From the IMG/VR virus record IMGVR_UViG_3300031973_001744, positions 1-55,767 of that record: 55,767 nucleotides of DNA; one strand, given 5' to 3'. Position numbers and translations under genes: made by a program. The DNA comes from a virus (lineage: Duplodnaviria; Caudoviricetes). Below the pieces are notes generated by a model. The model saw nothing but the letters and a program-made list of their open reading frames with translations. It was not told the origin of the DNA and made no database searches. Positions within the stretch are counted from its first letter, which is position 1; each line of letters begins with the position of its first letter. Below, piece after piece: positions 45,785 through 55,043 of the stretch.

Positions 45785-46518
45785 TATTCAAATTTATTTC
45801 TATAAAAATTCTTAGATGGTATCATCTTAGTATTAATTTCATTTCTTATTTTATTCCAATATGTTGGTCTAGTAACTTCCCAATCATACATTTTAGTTAT
45901 ATTTTTATCATGAGAATAATTTATATATAAAACCTCTTTGGATTCTCCTACTCTCCATTCCGGTTTCGTAGTTCCACATAAAGCTTGTGCTCTCCACATA
46001 TAATCAGTATCGCCAGAAAATCGTGTATTATCAAAGTATCCTATTTCATCAAATAATTTTCTACTAATAAACGCTGTTCCTTCACCAGTAAAGATAGATG
46101 GTTTATTATCTTTAAGTACTGGTAAATTATCACTTGCATTATAATTAATTGAAGTTGATTTAATATAAACTAATTCAGGATTAGACTCAAACATATCTAT
46201 AAAATGTTTAAATCTTCTTAAATCTGATATATCATCAGCATCATGAATAGTAAAATATTTCCAATCGTCATTTTTAAAATGATCTAATCCTCTATTTCTA
46301 GTATAATAGCATCCTTTATTCTCTTCGTTTCTAAGAAGAGTTATTTTATCATTATCTTGATACTCTTTCATTATTTCAAATGAATTATCAGTAGAGTAAT
46401 CATCTATTAGAACTAAATGATAATCTTGATATTTTTGTTGTAAAATACTTTCAATAGTATTTCTTATAAACTGTTCTTTATTCCAAACAGGACATATAAC
46501 TAATAATTTATTATTCAT
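45784..46518 (-). CDS. Glycosyltransferase family 2
   Basis: VICPVWN, IDDYSTD, NKG...RNRG, HDADD and GYFD...DTDY. Confidence 0.9.
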   Translation of the reverse strand: MNNKLLVICPVWNKEQFIRNTIESILQQKYQDYHLVLIDDYSTDNSFEIMKEYQDNDKITLLRNEENKGCYYTRNRGLDHFKNDDWKYFTIHDADDISDLRRFKHFIDMFESNPELVYIKSTSINYNASDNLPVLKDNKPSIFTGEGTAFISRKLFDEIGYFDNTRFSGDTDYMWRAQALCGTTKPEWRVGESKEVLYINYSHDKNITKMYDWEVTRPTYWNKIRNEINTKMIPSKNFYRNKFE

Positions 46519-47208
46519 TTACGATTTTATATAACTTAAAACTTTATTTTGTGGTATATACATTAAAACATCTATAATACTAACATAATCATCATAATAA
46601 TTACCGCTTCTTTTATATTTTAAATATGGACCATAATTTTTCCATTCTAACTCACAACCTATCTTATCAAATTCATTTTCACTCCCAGTTATATAATTCT
46701 TTGCATTTAAGCCAGATAGATATTTAGTAGCCTTTAACTGCTCTAGTAGATATGTTAATCGTTCTAATCTTGTATCTTTTAAAATATAATTTTTAGAGTT
46801 TATAAATTTAGTTGAAATACCAATATATTTACAAATACATTCTACTAAACTTTGATTTAATTCAGATAAAGTATCTGGTGGATTTTCTACTAAAAAAGGA
46901 TGTAATAAATTTAGTATCGAATTTTTATATGGAGCTTTACTATAATTTTGCTGTATTGATTTAAAATGATTATTTAATACTTTTTTATTATTTATAGGGA
47001 CTTCCGATATTTTCCTACTATTATATTTTCTATCTACTGGAATAGTTATCCAAAATAAACCATTGTTTCCAAATATTCTATTTCTATTTCTCCAATTATT
47101 TTTTGTATATTCGACTTCATCATACCAGCAAAAAATATCTACATCATTGATATAATCAAAATAACCTTTCCAAGGTAAATAATTAGATTGCCAGACTCCT
47201 ACTTTCAT
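46519..47208 (-). CDS. wbqC: WbqC family protein
   Basis: WQSNYLPWKGYFD...YDEVEY.KNNWRNRNRI...WITIP...YSKAPY...YLSG...SIIDVL. Confidence 0.88.
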   Translation of the reverse strand: MKVGVWQSNYLPWKGYFDYINDVDIFCWYDEVEYTKNNWRNRNRIFGNNGLFWITIPVDRKYNSRKISEVPINNKKVLNNHFKSIQQNYSKAPYKNSILNLLHPFLVENPPDTLSELNQSLVECICKYIGISTKFINSKNYILKDTRLERLTYLLEQLKATKYLSGLNAKNYITGSENEFDKIGCELEWKNYGPYLKYKRSGNYYDDYVSIIDVLMYIPQNKVLSYIKS

Positions 47209-48374
47209 TATATAAATTTACTAAGAGCTAGTTTTACGTTTTTAATTACATATAAACAATCATCATCAGTCATATTGCAATGAATTGGTAAAGTAATTAA
47301 TTTTTTGCTTAATTTATGAGCTACTGGACAAGTGCCATAGCTATCATTATATAATTCATATAATGTATTATCTTTATAATGAACTCCTGGATAGATATTT
47401 TTACTATTTAAAAATTCCATTATTTCATTTCTATAAGGTACTATTATTTGATATAAATGTCTAGAAGATTTACATTCCGGGTTATGTTTAATTAGTTTAA
47501 TTGCTTTTATATTTTTAAGCCCACTATCGTATATCTTCGCTATCTCTCTTCTTCTTTTATTATCATCATCTAAGTATTTTAATCCTACTAATGCCATACC
47601 TGCCATAATTGAATTACCATGATACTTATAGCCGAGAGTAGGTACATCATAATCCCACTTATATTTACCCTTAGAATTAGTTCTACTAAATGTATCTTTA
47701 TCAATACCCAGCCAACTCATTTTGCGTGCTAATTGATCATAATCTTTATTTTTAAAACAAATCATACCTGAATCAGCTGTAGGTAAATTTTTAACTGCTT
47801 GGAAGCTAAATATACTAACATCAGCATCTAATCCTACATGATTTTCCTCAAAACATACTCCATTATGATTATCTATCATTTTAGTTCCAGCACAATGAGC
47901 TGCATCAAATATAAATTTTAAATTATATTTTTCACAAAGATCTTTTATTTGCTTATATTTTCCTATATTACCCCCCATCCCTACAAACATAATAGCTCTT
48001 GTTTTTTTAGTTATTTTTGATTCTACATCTATAGGATCTATACATAAACTATCATCAATATCAGCAAATACAGGTTTTAAATTTTCATACTTAATTGCAT
48101 GATTAGTAGAAACAAAAGTAAGAGGAGTAGTTATAATTTCATCTTTATCTTTCCACTGATTGACATATTTAAGAATTTTTACAGCTAAATGTAATCCTAC
48201 TGTATTAGAATTTAAAAAATGAGCATTTTTAAATCCAGTATATTCTTTCCATTTATTTTCTATCTCAACTGTCTTAAAACCTATACCTGTCCATCCTTTA
48301 TCTAAACATTGTTCTATTTCAGCTAGCACTTCTTCTTTCCTAAATTTAGGAACAAAAACTTGTATATTTTTCAT
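47208..48374 (-). CDS. DegT/DnrJ/EryC1/StrS sugar aminotransferase
   Basis: DEIITTPLTFVST, DAAH, FSFQAVKNL (PLP lysine), GYKY and LPIH. Confidence 0.93.
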   Translation of the reverse strand: MKNIQVFVPKFRKEEVLAEIEQCLDKGWTGIGFKTVEIENKWKEYTGFKNAHFLNSNTVGLHLAVKILKYVNQWKDKDEIITTPLTFVSTNHAIKYENLKPVFADIDDSLCIDPIDVESKITKKTRAIMFVGMGGNIGKYKQIKDLCEKYNLKFIFDAAHCAGTKMIDNHNGVCFEENHVGLDADVSIFSFQAVKNLPTADSGMICFKNKDYDQLARKMSWLGIDKDTFSRTNSKGKYKWDYDVPTLGYKYHGNSIMAGMALVGLKYLDDDNKRRREIAKIYDSGLKNIKAIKLIKHNPECKSSRHLYQIIVPYRNEIMEFLNSKNIYPGVHYKDNTLYELYNDSYGTCPVAHKLSKKLITLPIHCNMTDDDCLYVIKNVKLALSKFI

Positions 48375-49114
48375 ATTTTATTATAACCAAAATTTGTTTT
48401 TAAATAATTATCGTCAGGATTATCAATTAAAGTACCTGGCATTTTTTCTAAACTATTCCATACATTATCACCATGTATTAATTGTATCCATAATGGTTCA
48501 TCGGTTTGTATAGGAACTCCGCCAGCTTTAGATATTAATTCATGATGTGAATATTCTCTTAATTCTCCTTTAAAATTAGATAGGTTTGATTTAACCATTA
48601 CAAATGGTCCGGTTGGAAAAACTGAATATATAAATTTATTAACATTAATATCCCAGTAAAGACCAGTTGCTATTGATGCTATAGAATTATTTTCAGCTAT
48701 TTGTTTTATAACCTGATTATATCTTGCTTCTATTAAATCATCGGTACCTATTTTAGAGCATATTACTTCTTCACTATTATTTTTTCTATATTTTAAGTAT
48801 GTTTCTTTAATATTTTTATAAAAGGTAGGAATATCACCACCTAATCCTGTAAAGTGGGTTTGATCCCATATTAAATGTAAATAATTATTTTCTTTTTCTA
48901 ATTCTAATAGTTTAGTTTTAAATATTTCAGGTGTATTACTATTACAAAACATTACCAAATGAAAATCAAGATCAGTTTGATTATTCAAAGATGGTATAGT
49001 ATAATTAGTAAAAAGATTTAATCTATAATTAAGCCAATCAATATCATGATAGGCATTAGGATATTCTTTAATACCCTGTAAGTTGAAATGTGTTGTTAAT
49101 ATATGATTATCCAT
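48371..49114 (-). CDS. Putative glycosyltransferase (rhamnosyltransferase-like)
   Basis: WLNYRLNLF..YTIPSL.NQT..DF, TDDL and IHGDN; likely start MDNHIL at 49114. Confidence 0.7.
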   Translation of the reverse strand: MDNHILTTHFNLQGIKEYPNAYHDIDWLNYRLNLFTNYTIPSLNNQTDLDFHLVMFCNSNTPEIFKTKLLELEKENNYLHLIWDQTHFTGLGGDIPTFYKNIKETYLKYRKNNSEEVICSKIGTDDLIEARYNQVIKQIAENNSIASIATGLYWDINVNKFIYSVFPTGPFVMVKSNLSNFKGELREYSHHELISKAGGVPIQTDEPLWIQLIHGDNVWNSLEKMPGTLIDNPDDNYLKTNFGYNKI

Positions 49115-49122
49115 TCTACTAT

Positions 49123-49764
49123 TTAACCTATTCCTTTCCAAGTTGCTCCATTGGAAGTATAATAATGATTGCAAGTTATTTCAGGAGTATATAAATACTT
49201 ATCTCCTCTATCTACTGTATCGATAGCCCAATAGCGGTCTTCTTTACCAGGCCAATTTTCCGGCATAGGATTATTCAAATAATATTCTTTATTATAAAAA
49301 CAAAAAGCATTATGTAAAAACTGTCTATTTTCTATTTTCGAAAACATATTATCACACGACTTATCTTTAAAATGACTCCAAATATATCTAGGAGTTATTT
49401 TTTTACCTCTATAAATAGGTACCTGTTTACCAAAAACTGCTTTATATTCTTTTAAATAATTATTAATTAAACTTAAATTACATTGTGTAATTTGAGAATG
49501 GGCTGATAAAACTAATATAGTATCTCTTGTTGATTTTGTAACTCCTAAATTTAATGATTTACCAGGAGTGTATTCATTTATATTCTCAATTTTAATAGAC
49601 GTTCTATCAGAAAATAAATTTACTATTTCTAATGAATCGTCAGTAGAATTATTATCTACTATAATTATTTCAGGCTTATTAAAAAACTCAATACAACTTT
49701 GTAAAGCAAATCCTATAAATTCACTTTCATTACGATTTCTAATTATGATCGATATATTATCCAT
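49123..49764 (-). CDS. Glycosyltransferase family 2
   Basis: ISIIIRNRNE, IVDNNSTD, LNLG, LSAH and EDRYWA; likely start MDNISI at 49764. Confidence 0.88.
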   Translation of the reverse strand: MDNISIIIRNRNESEFIGFALQSCIEFFNKPEIIIVDNNSTDDSLEIVNLFSDRTSIKIENINEYTPGKSLNLGVTKSTRDTILVLSAHSQITQCNLSLINNYLKEYKAVFGKQVPIYRGKKITPRYIWSHFKDKSCDNMFSKIENRQFLHNAFCFYNKEYYLNNPMPENWPGKEDRYWAIDTVDRGDKYLYTPEITCNHYYTSNGATWKGIG

Positions 49765-50557
49765 TAAATCTTCCTGTATAATTATTTCTTGAATCAAGTT
49801 CACATTCTTGAAAGTCTAATCCCTTGTCTATTAGCATTTCCTCTCTTAGTTTAATATATGATGTAAGATTAGCTAGTTCTTCAGGTAATATTGCAAATTT
49901 ATTATCTCTTCCAGGTAGATTATTATCTACAGTAAAATGTTTTTCTATAACTTCAGCTCCAAATTCGATTGCTACTTTAGCTGATTCTACTCCTTGAATA
50001 TGATCAGAATATCCTATACTTAATCCTAATTGTTTAAATTCTATCATTCTAGGGATATTAGCAATAGAAGGTAAACAAGGATAAGATGATACACAATGCA
50101 GTAAATATAATTTAGCTTTTTCAAAAAATAATGTACTGTATTTTATTTCACTATACTTTGAAGTGCCAGTAGACATAAATACTACATCAAAATTTTCATC
50201 ACAGTATTTTATTAATTCTATATTACGTGATTCGAAGCTTGGTATCTTTACTTCTTTACAACCAAGCTTAACTAATAGTTGTGCATCTGCTAAACTAAAT
50301 ACAGAGGATAAAAATTTAATACCTATAGTATTGCAATAATTAATTAAATCTATATGATCTTGTTCAGATAGTTGAGCTTTTTCATAAATTTGACGTCTAC
50401 CATCCTCATCCCAGCTTCCTGATTTAAGCCTATCAACAGACCATGTTTGATATTTAGCATAAGTAGCACCGCTCTCTTGAGCTGCTTTAGCCATTTGTTT
50501 AGCTAAATTTAAATCTCCACAATGATTCCATCCTATTTCAGCTATTATTTTAATCAT
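49757..50557 (-). CDS. neuB: NeuB/SpsE-family ulosonic acid synthase, short form lacking the SAF domain
   Basis: IIAEIGWNH.GD, KYQT, KIPS, MSTG, LHCVSSYP, GYSDH and EKHFT...D; 266 aa. Confidence 0.9.
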   Translation of the reverse strand: MIKIIAEIGWNHCGDLNLAKQMAKAAQESGATYAKYQTWSVDRLKSGSWDEDGRRQIYEKAQLSEQDHIDLINYCNTIGIKFLSSVFSLADAQLLVKLGCKEVKIPSFESRNIELIKYCDENFDVVFMSTGTSKYSEIKYSTLFFEKAKLYLLHCVSSYPCLPSIANIPRMIEFKQLGLSIGYSDHIQGVESAKVAIEFGAEVIEKHFTVDNNLPGRDNKFAILPEELANLTSYIKLREEMLIDKGLDFQECELDSRNNYTGRFNG

Positions 50558-51422
50558 AAACTATATTGTTTAATTTTTCTTTATTTAAATATTTTTCTAA
50601 ATTAGATTTAAATACTTGTATTTGTGTATTTAAACTATCTTTCATTGCATTGGCAATATGAGGAGTTAAAAATACATTATTTAATTTTTTAAACCTATGA
50701 TTTTTATCTATTGGCTCATTTTTTAAAACATCTAAAAAAGCTCCTCTAATATTTTTATTTTTTAAAGTATCATATAGAGCATCTTCATCTACTGTCTCAC
50801 CTCTACCTACATTAATAAAATACGAATATTTTTCCATATTACCAAATATTTTATTATTAAAACAATCTTTAGTAGATTCATTTAATGGTAGAGTATTAAT
50901 AATAAAATTTTTATCTTTTACTAAATTATCTAATTTATTAAAGTTTTTTCTATCAATTACTGATACATTAAATCCTAGTACAGTTAGTTTTAATAATATT
51001 TCTTTTCCTATATTTCCAAAACCAACTACTAAAACATTTACTTTATCAAAAGGTAAAATATAATCCAAGTTATTATCGAAACTTTGTCTATCAATAGTCA
51101 TTCTATCTAAACCTCTTAATAACATTAATAAACCTGATATAGCAAATTCAGCTACTCCATTAGAGCTATCAGGAGTATTCGTAACTGTTACTCTTTCCGG
51201 AAAATTAAATTTACCATAACCTGTTTTAGATAAATGAATCCATTTTAAATTAGGCATAGATTTAAATTTTTGTGAATTAAATCTATCTCCCCAATATACC
51301 TCGCATTCTAATTTAGGTTCTGTAGTTATAGTAACGTTATATTTATCTTCAATTTTTTTAATATCTAATATAGATAAACTAAAATTTTTAGTTCTATTAT
51401 TTAAGTCAGTATAAATAATCAT
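50550..51422 (-). CDS. D-isomer-specific 2-hydroxyacid dehydrogenase
   Basis: VAE, VVGFGNIG, LPLNEST, INVGRG, AFLDV..EP and LTPHIA. Confidence 0.9.
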   Translation of the reverse strand: MIIYTDLNNRTKNFSLSILDIKKIEDKYNVTITTEPKLECEVYWGDRFNSQKFKSMPNLKWIHLSKTGYGKFNFPERVTVTNTPDSSNGVAEFAISGLLMLLRGLDRMTIDRQSFDNNLDYILPFDKVNVLVVGFGNIGKEILLKLTVLGFNVSVIDRKNFNKLDNLVKDKNFIINTLPLNESTKDCFNNKIFGNMEKYSYFINVGRGETVDEDALYDTLKNKNIRGAFLDVLKNEPIDKNHRFKKLNNVFLTPHIANAMKDSLNTQIQVFKSNLEKYLNKEKLNNIVYD

Positions 51423-52495
51423 ATCTTAAAATTTTCTTCAATTCTTAATTTATACTTTTGTTTAATATCTTCAGTAACTTCAACCCCAATACCATAATCC
51501 GTCTTTTTTAATTCATCATTTATTTGTAATTCCATCATTGGTATTTCTAAGTAGCTAACTTGTTTAGATTTTGCTACATGATAGTTTGAATTAATAGCTA
51601 TTTTACTTCCCCATACATGCAGTGCTGTATTTTGTGGTTTAAATAAATCTATTACTTTTATAACATCTTTTATACCTCCACTATTAGTTACATCTGGTTG
51701 TATTATATCAACAGCTTTTGTATGGTAGTAATCTTCAAAATTCCATAATTGATTTAATGCTTCTCCTCCTGCTATACTTATTTTAGTATCTTTATTTAAC
51801 TCTTGATACAGTCTTATTTTTTCTGGTCTAAAAGGCTCTTCTAACCATTTAACATTAAATTGTAATAAATCTTTAGACCACTTTAAAGCTTGATCGTAAT
51901 TCCAGCTAATAGGATTAGTGCCCATAATAGCATCAACCATTAAATTATTATCTCCTAAATACTTGCGAGCAGTTTCTAAACGTTTTAAATCTTCCGATAT
52001 AGATTGAACTCCTATTCTCATTTTGTATGAAGTAAATCCTATATCTAATATTTGTTTTACATCTTCTTCTATTTCCTTTGGAGTAAATTTAGCTGAGCCA
52101 TTGCTGGCATATAGTCTAGGTTCGATATCTTCTCCTCCTAAATATTCCCATAAAGGCTTTTTTGCTGCTTTACTAAGTGCATCATAAATAGCAATTTCAA
52201 CTCCACTATAAATACTTTTTACTAGTCCTCCCTTTCCAATATAAGGTATGTTATCAATTATATTTGTACTCTGAACTGGTTGACCTATTAAATATCTTTC
52301 TATAAGCTTTACTGAATGTTCTATTAGCTCTGCACAATAAACTCCAGCATATGTCTCTCCATATCCTATTATTCCGGAATCAGTATGAACTTCGATCACG
52401 CCTATATTTTTAGCATTACTATTATAGCCATAATAAACAAAATCACTTTTTAATGGTGATGTAAGACCATATCCTATTACTTTAGTTATCTTCAT
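51419..52495 (-). CDS. Mandelate racemase/muconate lactonising enzyme (enolase superfamily) protein
   Basis: TDSGIIGYGE, AIYD...PLWEYLGG, KMRIG, LMVDA, WLEEP, AGGE, QPD and ALH. Confidence 0.9.
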   Translation of the reverse strand: MKITKVIGYGLTSPLKSDFVYYGYNSNAKNIGVIEVHTDSGIIGYGETYAGVYCAELIEHSVKLIERYLIGQPVQSTNIIDNIPYIGKGGLVKSIYSGVEIAIYDALSKAAKKPLWEYLGGEDIEPRLYASNGSAKFTPKEIEEDVKQILDIGFTSYKMRIGVQSISEDLKRLETARKYLGDNNLMVDAIMGTNPISWNYDQALKWSKDLLQFNVKWLEEPFRPEKIRLYQELNKDTKISIAGGEALNQLWNFEDYYHTKAVDIIQPDVTNSGGIKDVIKVIDLFKPQNTALHVWGSKIAINSNYHVAKSKQVSYLEIPMMELQINDELKKTDYGIGVEVTEDIKQKYKLRIEENFKI

Positions 52496-53183
52496 TTAAT
52501 AATTGTTTTGCTACTAATAAGTCGATTGGTTCATCTATATTTATTGTTCTACTTTCATCCATTATATAAGGTATAATATTATCATTATCTAATCTCATTT
52601 TTTTATTAGTAATTTGTTCGTATGTCATACCATAAATTGATCCATTCCTTATATAAGCTATAGGTGCTAAATCTTGTCTTCTATAACCAGGTTTGTCAGG
52701 ATTTTCATCTTTATCAAAACCTATTAATTTACCTTCCTTAATATATTTTAATCTTTTAGGATGATAATCATATACTCTGCAAACGGATACTACTGAAGAT
52801 GGATTATTTTGATCTAATAGTTCGATTACTTTATCTATATCAAAAACTTTTTTTAATGGATTAGTGCACATTATTTCTACAACATAATCATATCTTTTTA
52901 ATTTTGATAATACATCTAATAATCCTTCAGCAGTTGTTTGTGTATCAGAAACTTTTTCTCTGTCTATTACATTTATATTATTATCTAAACAAATATTTTT
53001 TATATCTAGATCATCAGTACCTACTACATAGTCATCTATATATTTACTTTTTACAACTTCATCATTAGTATATAATAATAAGGGTTTATCATTAATTAAA
53101 GTAATGTTCTTTTTTAGTATCCCTTTAGAACCACCTCGAGCTAATGTTATGCCTAATACACTTTTATTATTTATCATATTCAA
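52482..53183 (-). CDS. neuA: Acylneuraminate cytidylyltransferase (CMP-ulosonate synthetase)
   Basis: ARGGSKGILKKN, TDD, TNPL, RRQDL, NGSIY and NIDEPIDL. Confidence 0.9.
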   Translation of the reverse strand: MNMINNKSVLGITLARGGSKGILKKNITLINDKPLLLYTNDEVVKSKYIDDYVVGTDDLDIKNICLDNNINVIDREKVSDTQTTAEGLLDVLSKLKRYDYVVEIMCTNPLKKVFDIDKVIELLDQNNPSSVVSVCRVYDYHPKRLKYIKEGKLIGFDKDENPDKPGYRRQDLAPIAYIRNGSIYGMTYEQITNKKMRLDNDNIIPYIMDESRTINIDEPIDLLVAKQLLNEDN

Positions 53184-54072
53184 AAGTTTTCAAAGGTCCA
53201 TTATTAACATTATTATTATAAAAATCATTTATTAAAGTACCTTGATAGTAACCTTTTACCTCCTCATATGTTTGATTATTATCATATTCAAATCCCCATC
53301 TCTTACTCCATACTTCATGATGACCCCACTTACCATAAAAATGTTCTCTAATCTCAGTTTCTTGTTTTGTTTTAGCTAAAGGTGATTTAACTGGCATGTT
53401 AAAATCTTTTTTAACTATCTGTTCATGAGATAAATTTAAAAAAGGAATACAAACATTATGAATATTTTTATATAAAAATTGATATGCTATATCATCCCAT
53501 GCATGAAAGAATTGATAGTCACCTGTTGGTTTTATATGTTTTTCATATTGATTTATATTAACTGCTGCGCTCATCCATGATACTGATTCTACTGAATGTA
53601 TTTTTTCATAGCCGTTTGAAAGAGATTGATTAATATTATATCTTACCCACATATCTTGATTAGGTTGCTGTAATGGTGATCGTGATAACATTTGATAAAC
53701 ACCATCATGATATACATTAAAACCTACAACTCCAAATTCATTAAAATTATTTTTTTCTAATAAATTATTAAACCTTTCAAAAAAGTTTTCTTCTATAGGA
53801 AAGCAATCATGTTGAAACCATAGGATCCATTCCAAGTTATTATTTTTAAAAATAGAACAAGCTGAGGTAATATTATTTTGCATACCTCTTTCTTCTCTAT
53901 CCATGTATGTGACATTATGTTTTTCACATATGATTCTACCTTTATCTTTATTTTCTATAGTAGAATCTTCATCTATATTTAAAATAAAAATATTATTTGT
54001 ATTTACTTTAGTTAACCAGTAATCTAAAAGATCATAATTATTTCTACTTGTAAATAAAATACCTAATTTCAT
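53167..54072 (-). CDS. GT-A (GT2-like) glycosyltransferase
   Basis: IDEDST, WFQHD, VGF and AWDD motifs; inside the glycan cluster. Confidence 0.65.
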   Translation of the reverse strand: MKLGILFTSRNNYDLLDYWLTKVNTNNIFILNIDEDSTIENKDKGRIICEKHNVTYMDREERGMQNNITSACSIFKNNNLEWILWFQHDCFPIEENFFERFNNLLEKNNFNEFGVVGFNVYHDGVYQMLSRSPLQQPNQDMWVRYNINQSLSNGYEKIHSVESVSWMSAAVNINQYEKHIKPTGDYQFFHAWDDIAYQFLYKNIHNVCIPFLNLSHEQIVKKDFNMPVKSPLAKTKQETEIREHFYGKWGHHEVWSKRWGFEYDNNQTYEEVKGYYQGTLINDFYNNNVNNGPLKTFEYDK

Positions 54073-55043
54073 AAGCTATATTTTTTTAACCAATAATCTA
54101 TCATTTCATCTAACATAGTTTGAAAACTATATTCATGCTTCCATCCTAAAACTTTTTTAGCTTTTGAGCAATCTCCTTTTAAAAATTCTAATTCCTCTGA
54201 TCTATAATATTTAGGATCTACTGTTACATATTGTTCCCAATCTAATTCTAATTTATTAAATACATAATGTACTAAATCTTTTACTGAGTGAGATATTCCG
54301 GTTGAACAAACATAGTCATCTGGTTTATCATGCTGTAGCATTAACCACATTGCATTAACGTAATCTTTTGCATGTCCCCAGTCTCTATGAGCATCTAAAT
54401 TTCCTAATGCTAATTTATCAGTTAATCCTAATTTAATTTTTACAGCTTCCTTAACTACTTTATTAGTAACAAAGTTAGTACCTCTACGCGGTGATTCATG
54501 ATTAAATAATATACCATTACATATAAATAAATCGTATGCATTGCGATAATTTTTACATATGTTATATGCAAATACTTTTGCACATCCATATGGGGATACT
54601 GGACTCATAGGGGTGCTCTCTCTTTGATATCCATCATCATCTACATTATTACCAAACATCTCTGAAGATGAAGCTTGATATAATTTTGCTCTCGGACATG
54701 TTAACCTCATAGCTTCTAAAAGTTTTAATGTACCATTAGCTACAGATTCAGTAGTATAAAGAGGTTGATCAAAAGATATTCTAACATGAGACTGTGCTGC
54801 TAAATTATATATTTCATCAGGCATAGAAAGCTGTAATACTCTAACTAGAGATGACATATCAGTCATATCTGCATATTCTAGTTTTAATTTTTTAAATATA
54901 CTATCTGGTATTCGAGCAGTCTGGTTTTCTGCTATCGAATTTCGTTTAAGAATACCCCATACTTCGTATCCTTTCTCTAATAGTAATTCGGCAAGATATG
55001 ATCCATCTTGTCCATTTATACCTGTGATTAATGCTCTTTTCAT
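54069..55043 (-). CDS. gmd: GDP-mannose 4,6-dehydratase
   Basis: ALITGINGQDGSYLAE, NLAAQSHV, QASSSE, SPYGCAK, GILFNHESPRRG and RDWGHAKDY. Confidence 0.97.
   Translation of the reverse strand: MKRALITGINGQDGSYLAELLLEKGYEVWGILKRNSIAENQTARIPDSIFKKLKLEYADMTDMSSLVRVLQLSMPDEIYNLAAQSHVRISFDQPLYTTESVANGTLKLLEAMRLTCPRAKLYQASSSEMFGNNVDDDGYQRESTPMSPVSPYGCAKVFAYNICKNYRNAYDLFICNGILFNHESPRRGTNFVTNKVVKEAVKIKLGLTDKLALGNLDAHRDWGHAKDYVNAMWLMLQHDKPDDYVCSTGISHSVKDLVHYVFNKLELDWEQYVTVDPKYYRSEELEFLKGDCSKAKKVLGWKHEYSFQTMLDEMIDYWLKKYSL

Noticed and set aside
28312-49792. Plus-strand ORFs 28312, 29155, 30898, 31957, 32211, 33660, 34459, 36324, 41609, 42942 and 49568
   Set aside because: Antisense shadows of a continuous minus-strand gene array.
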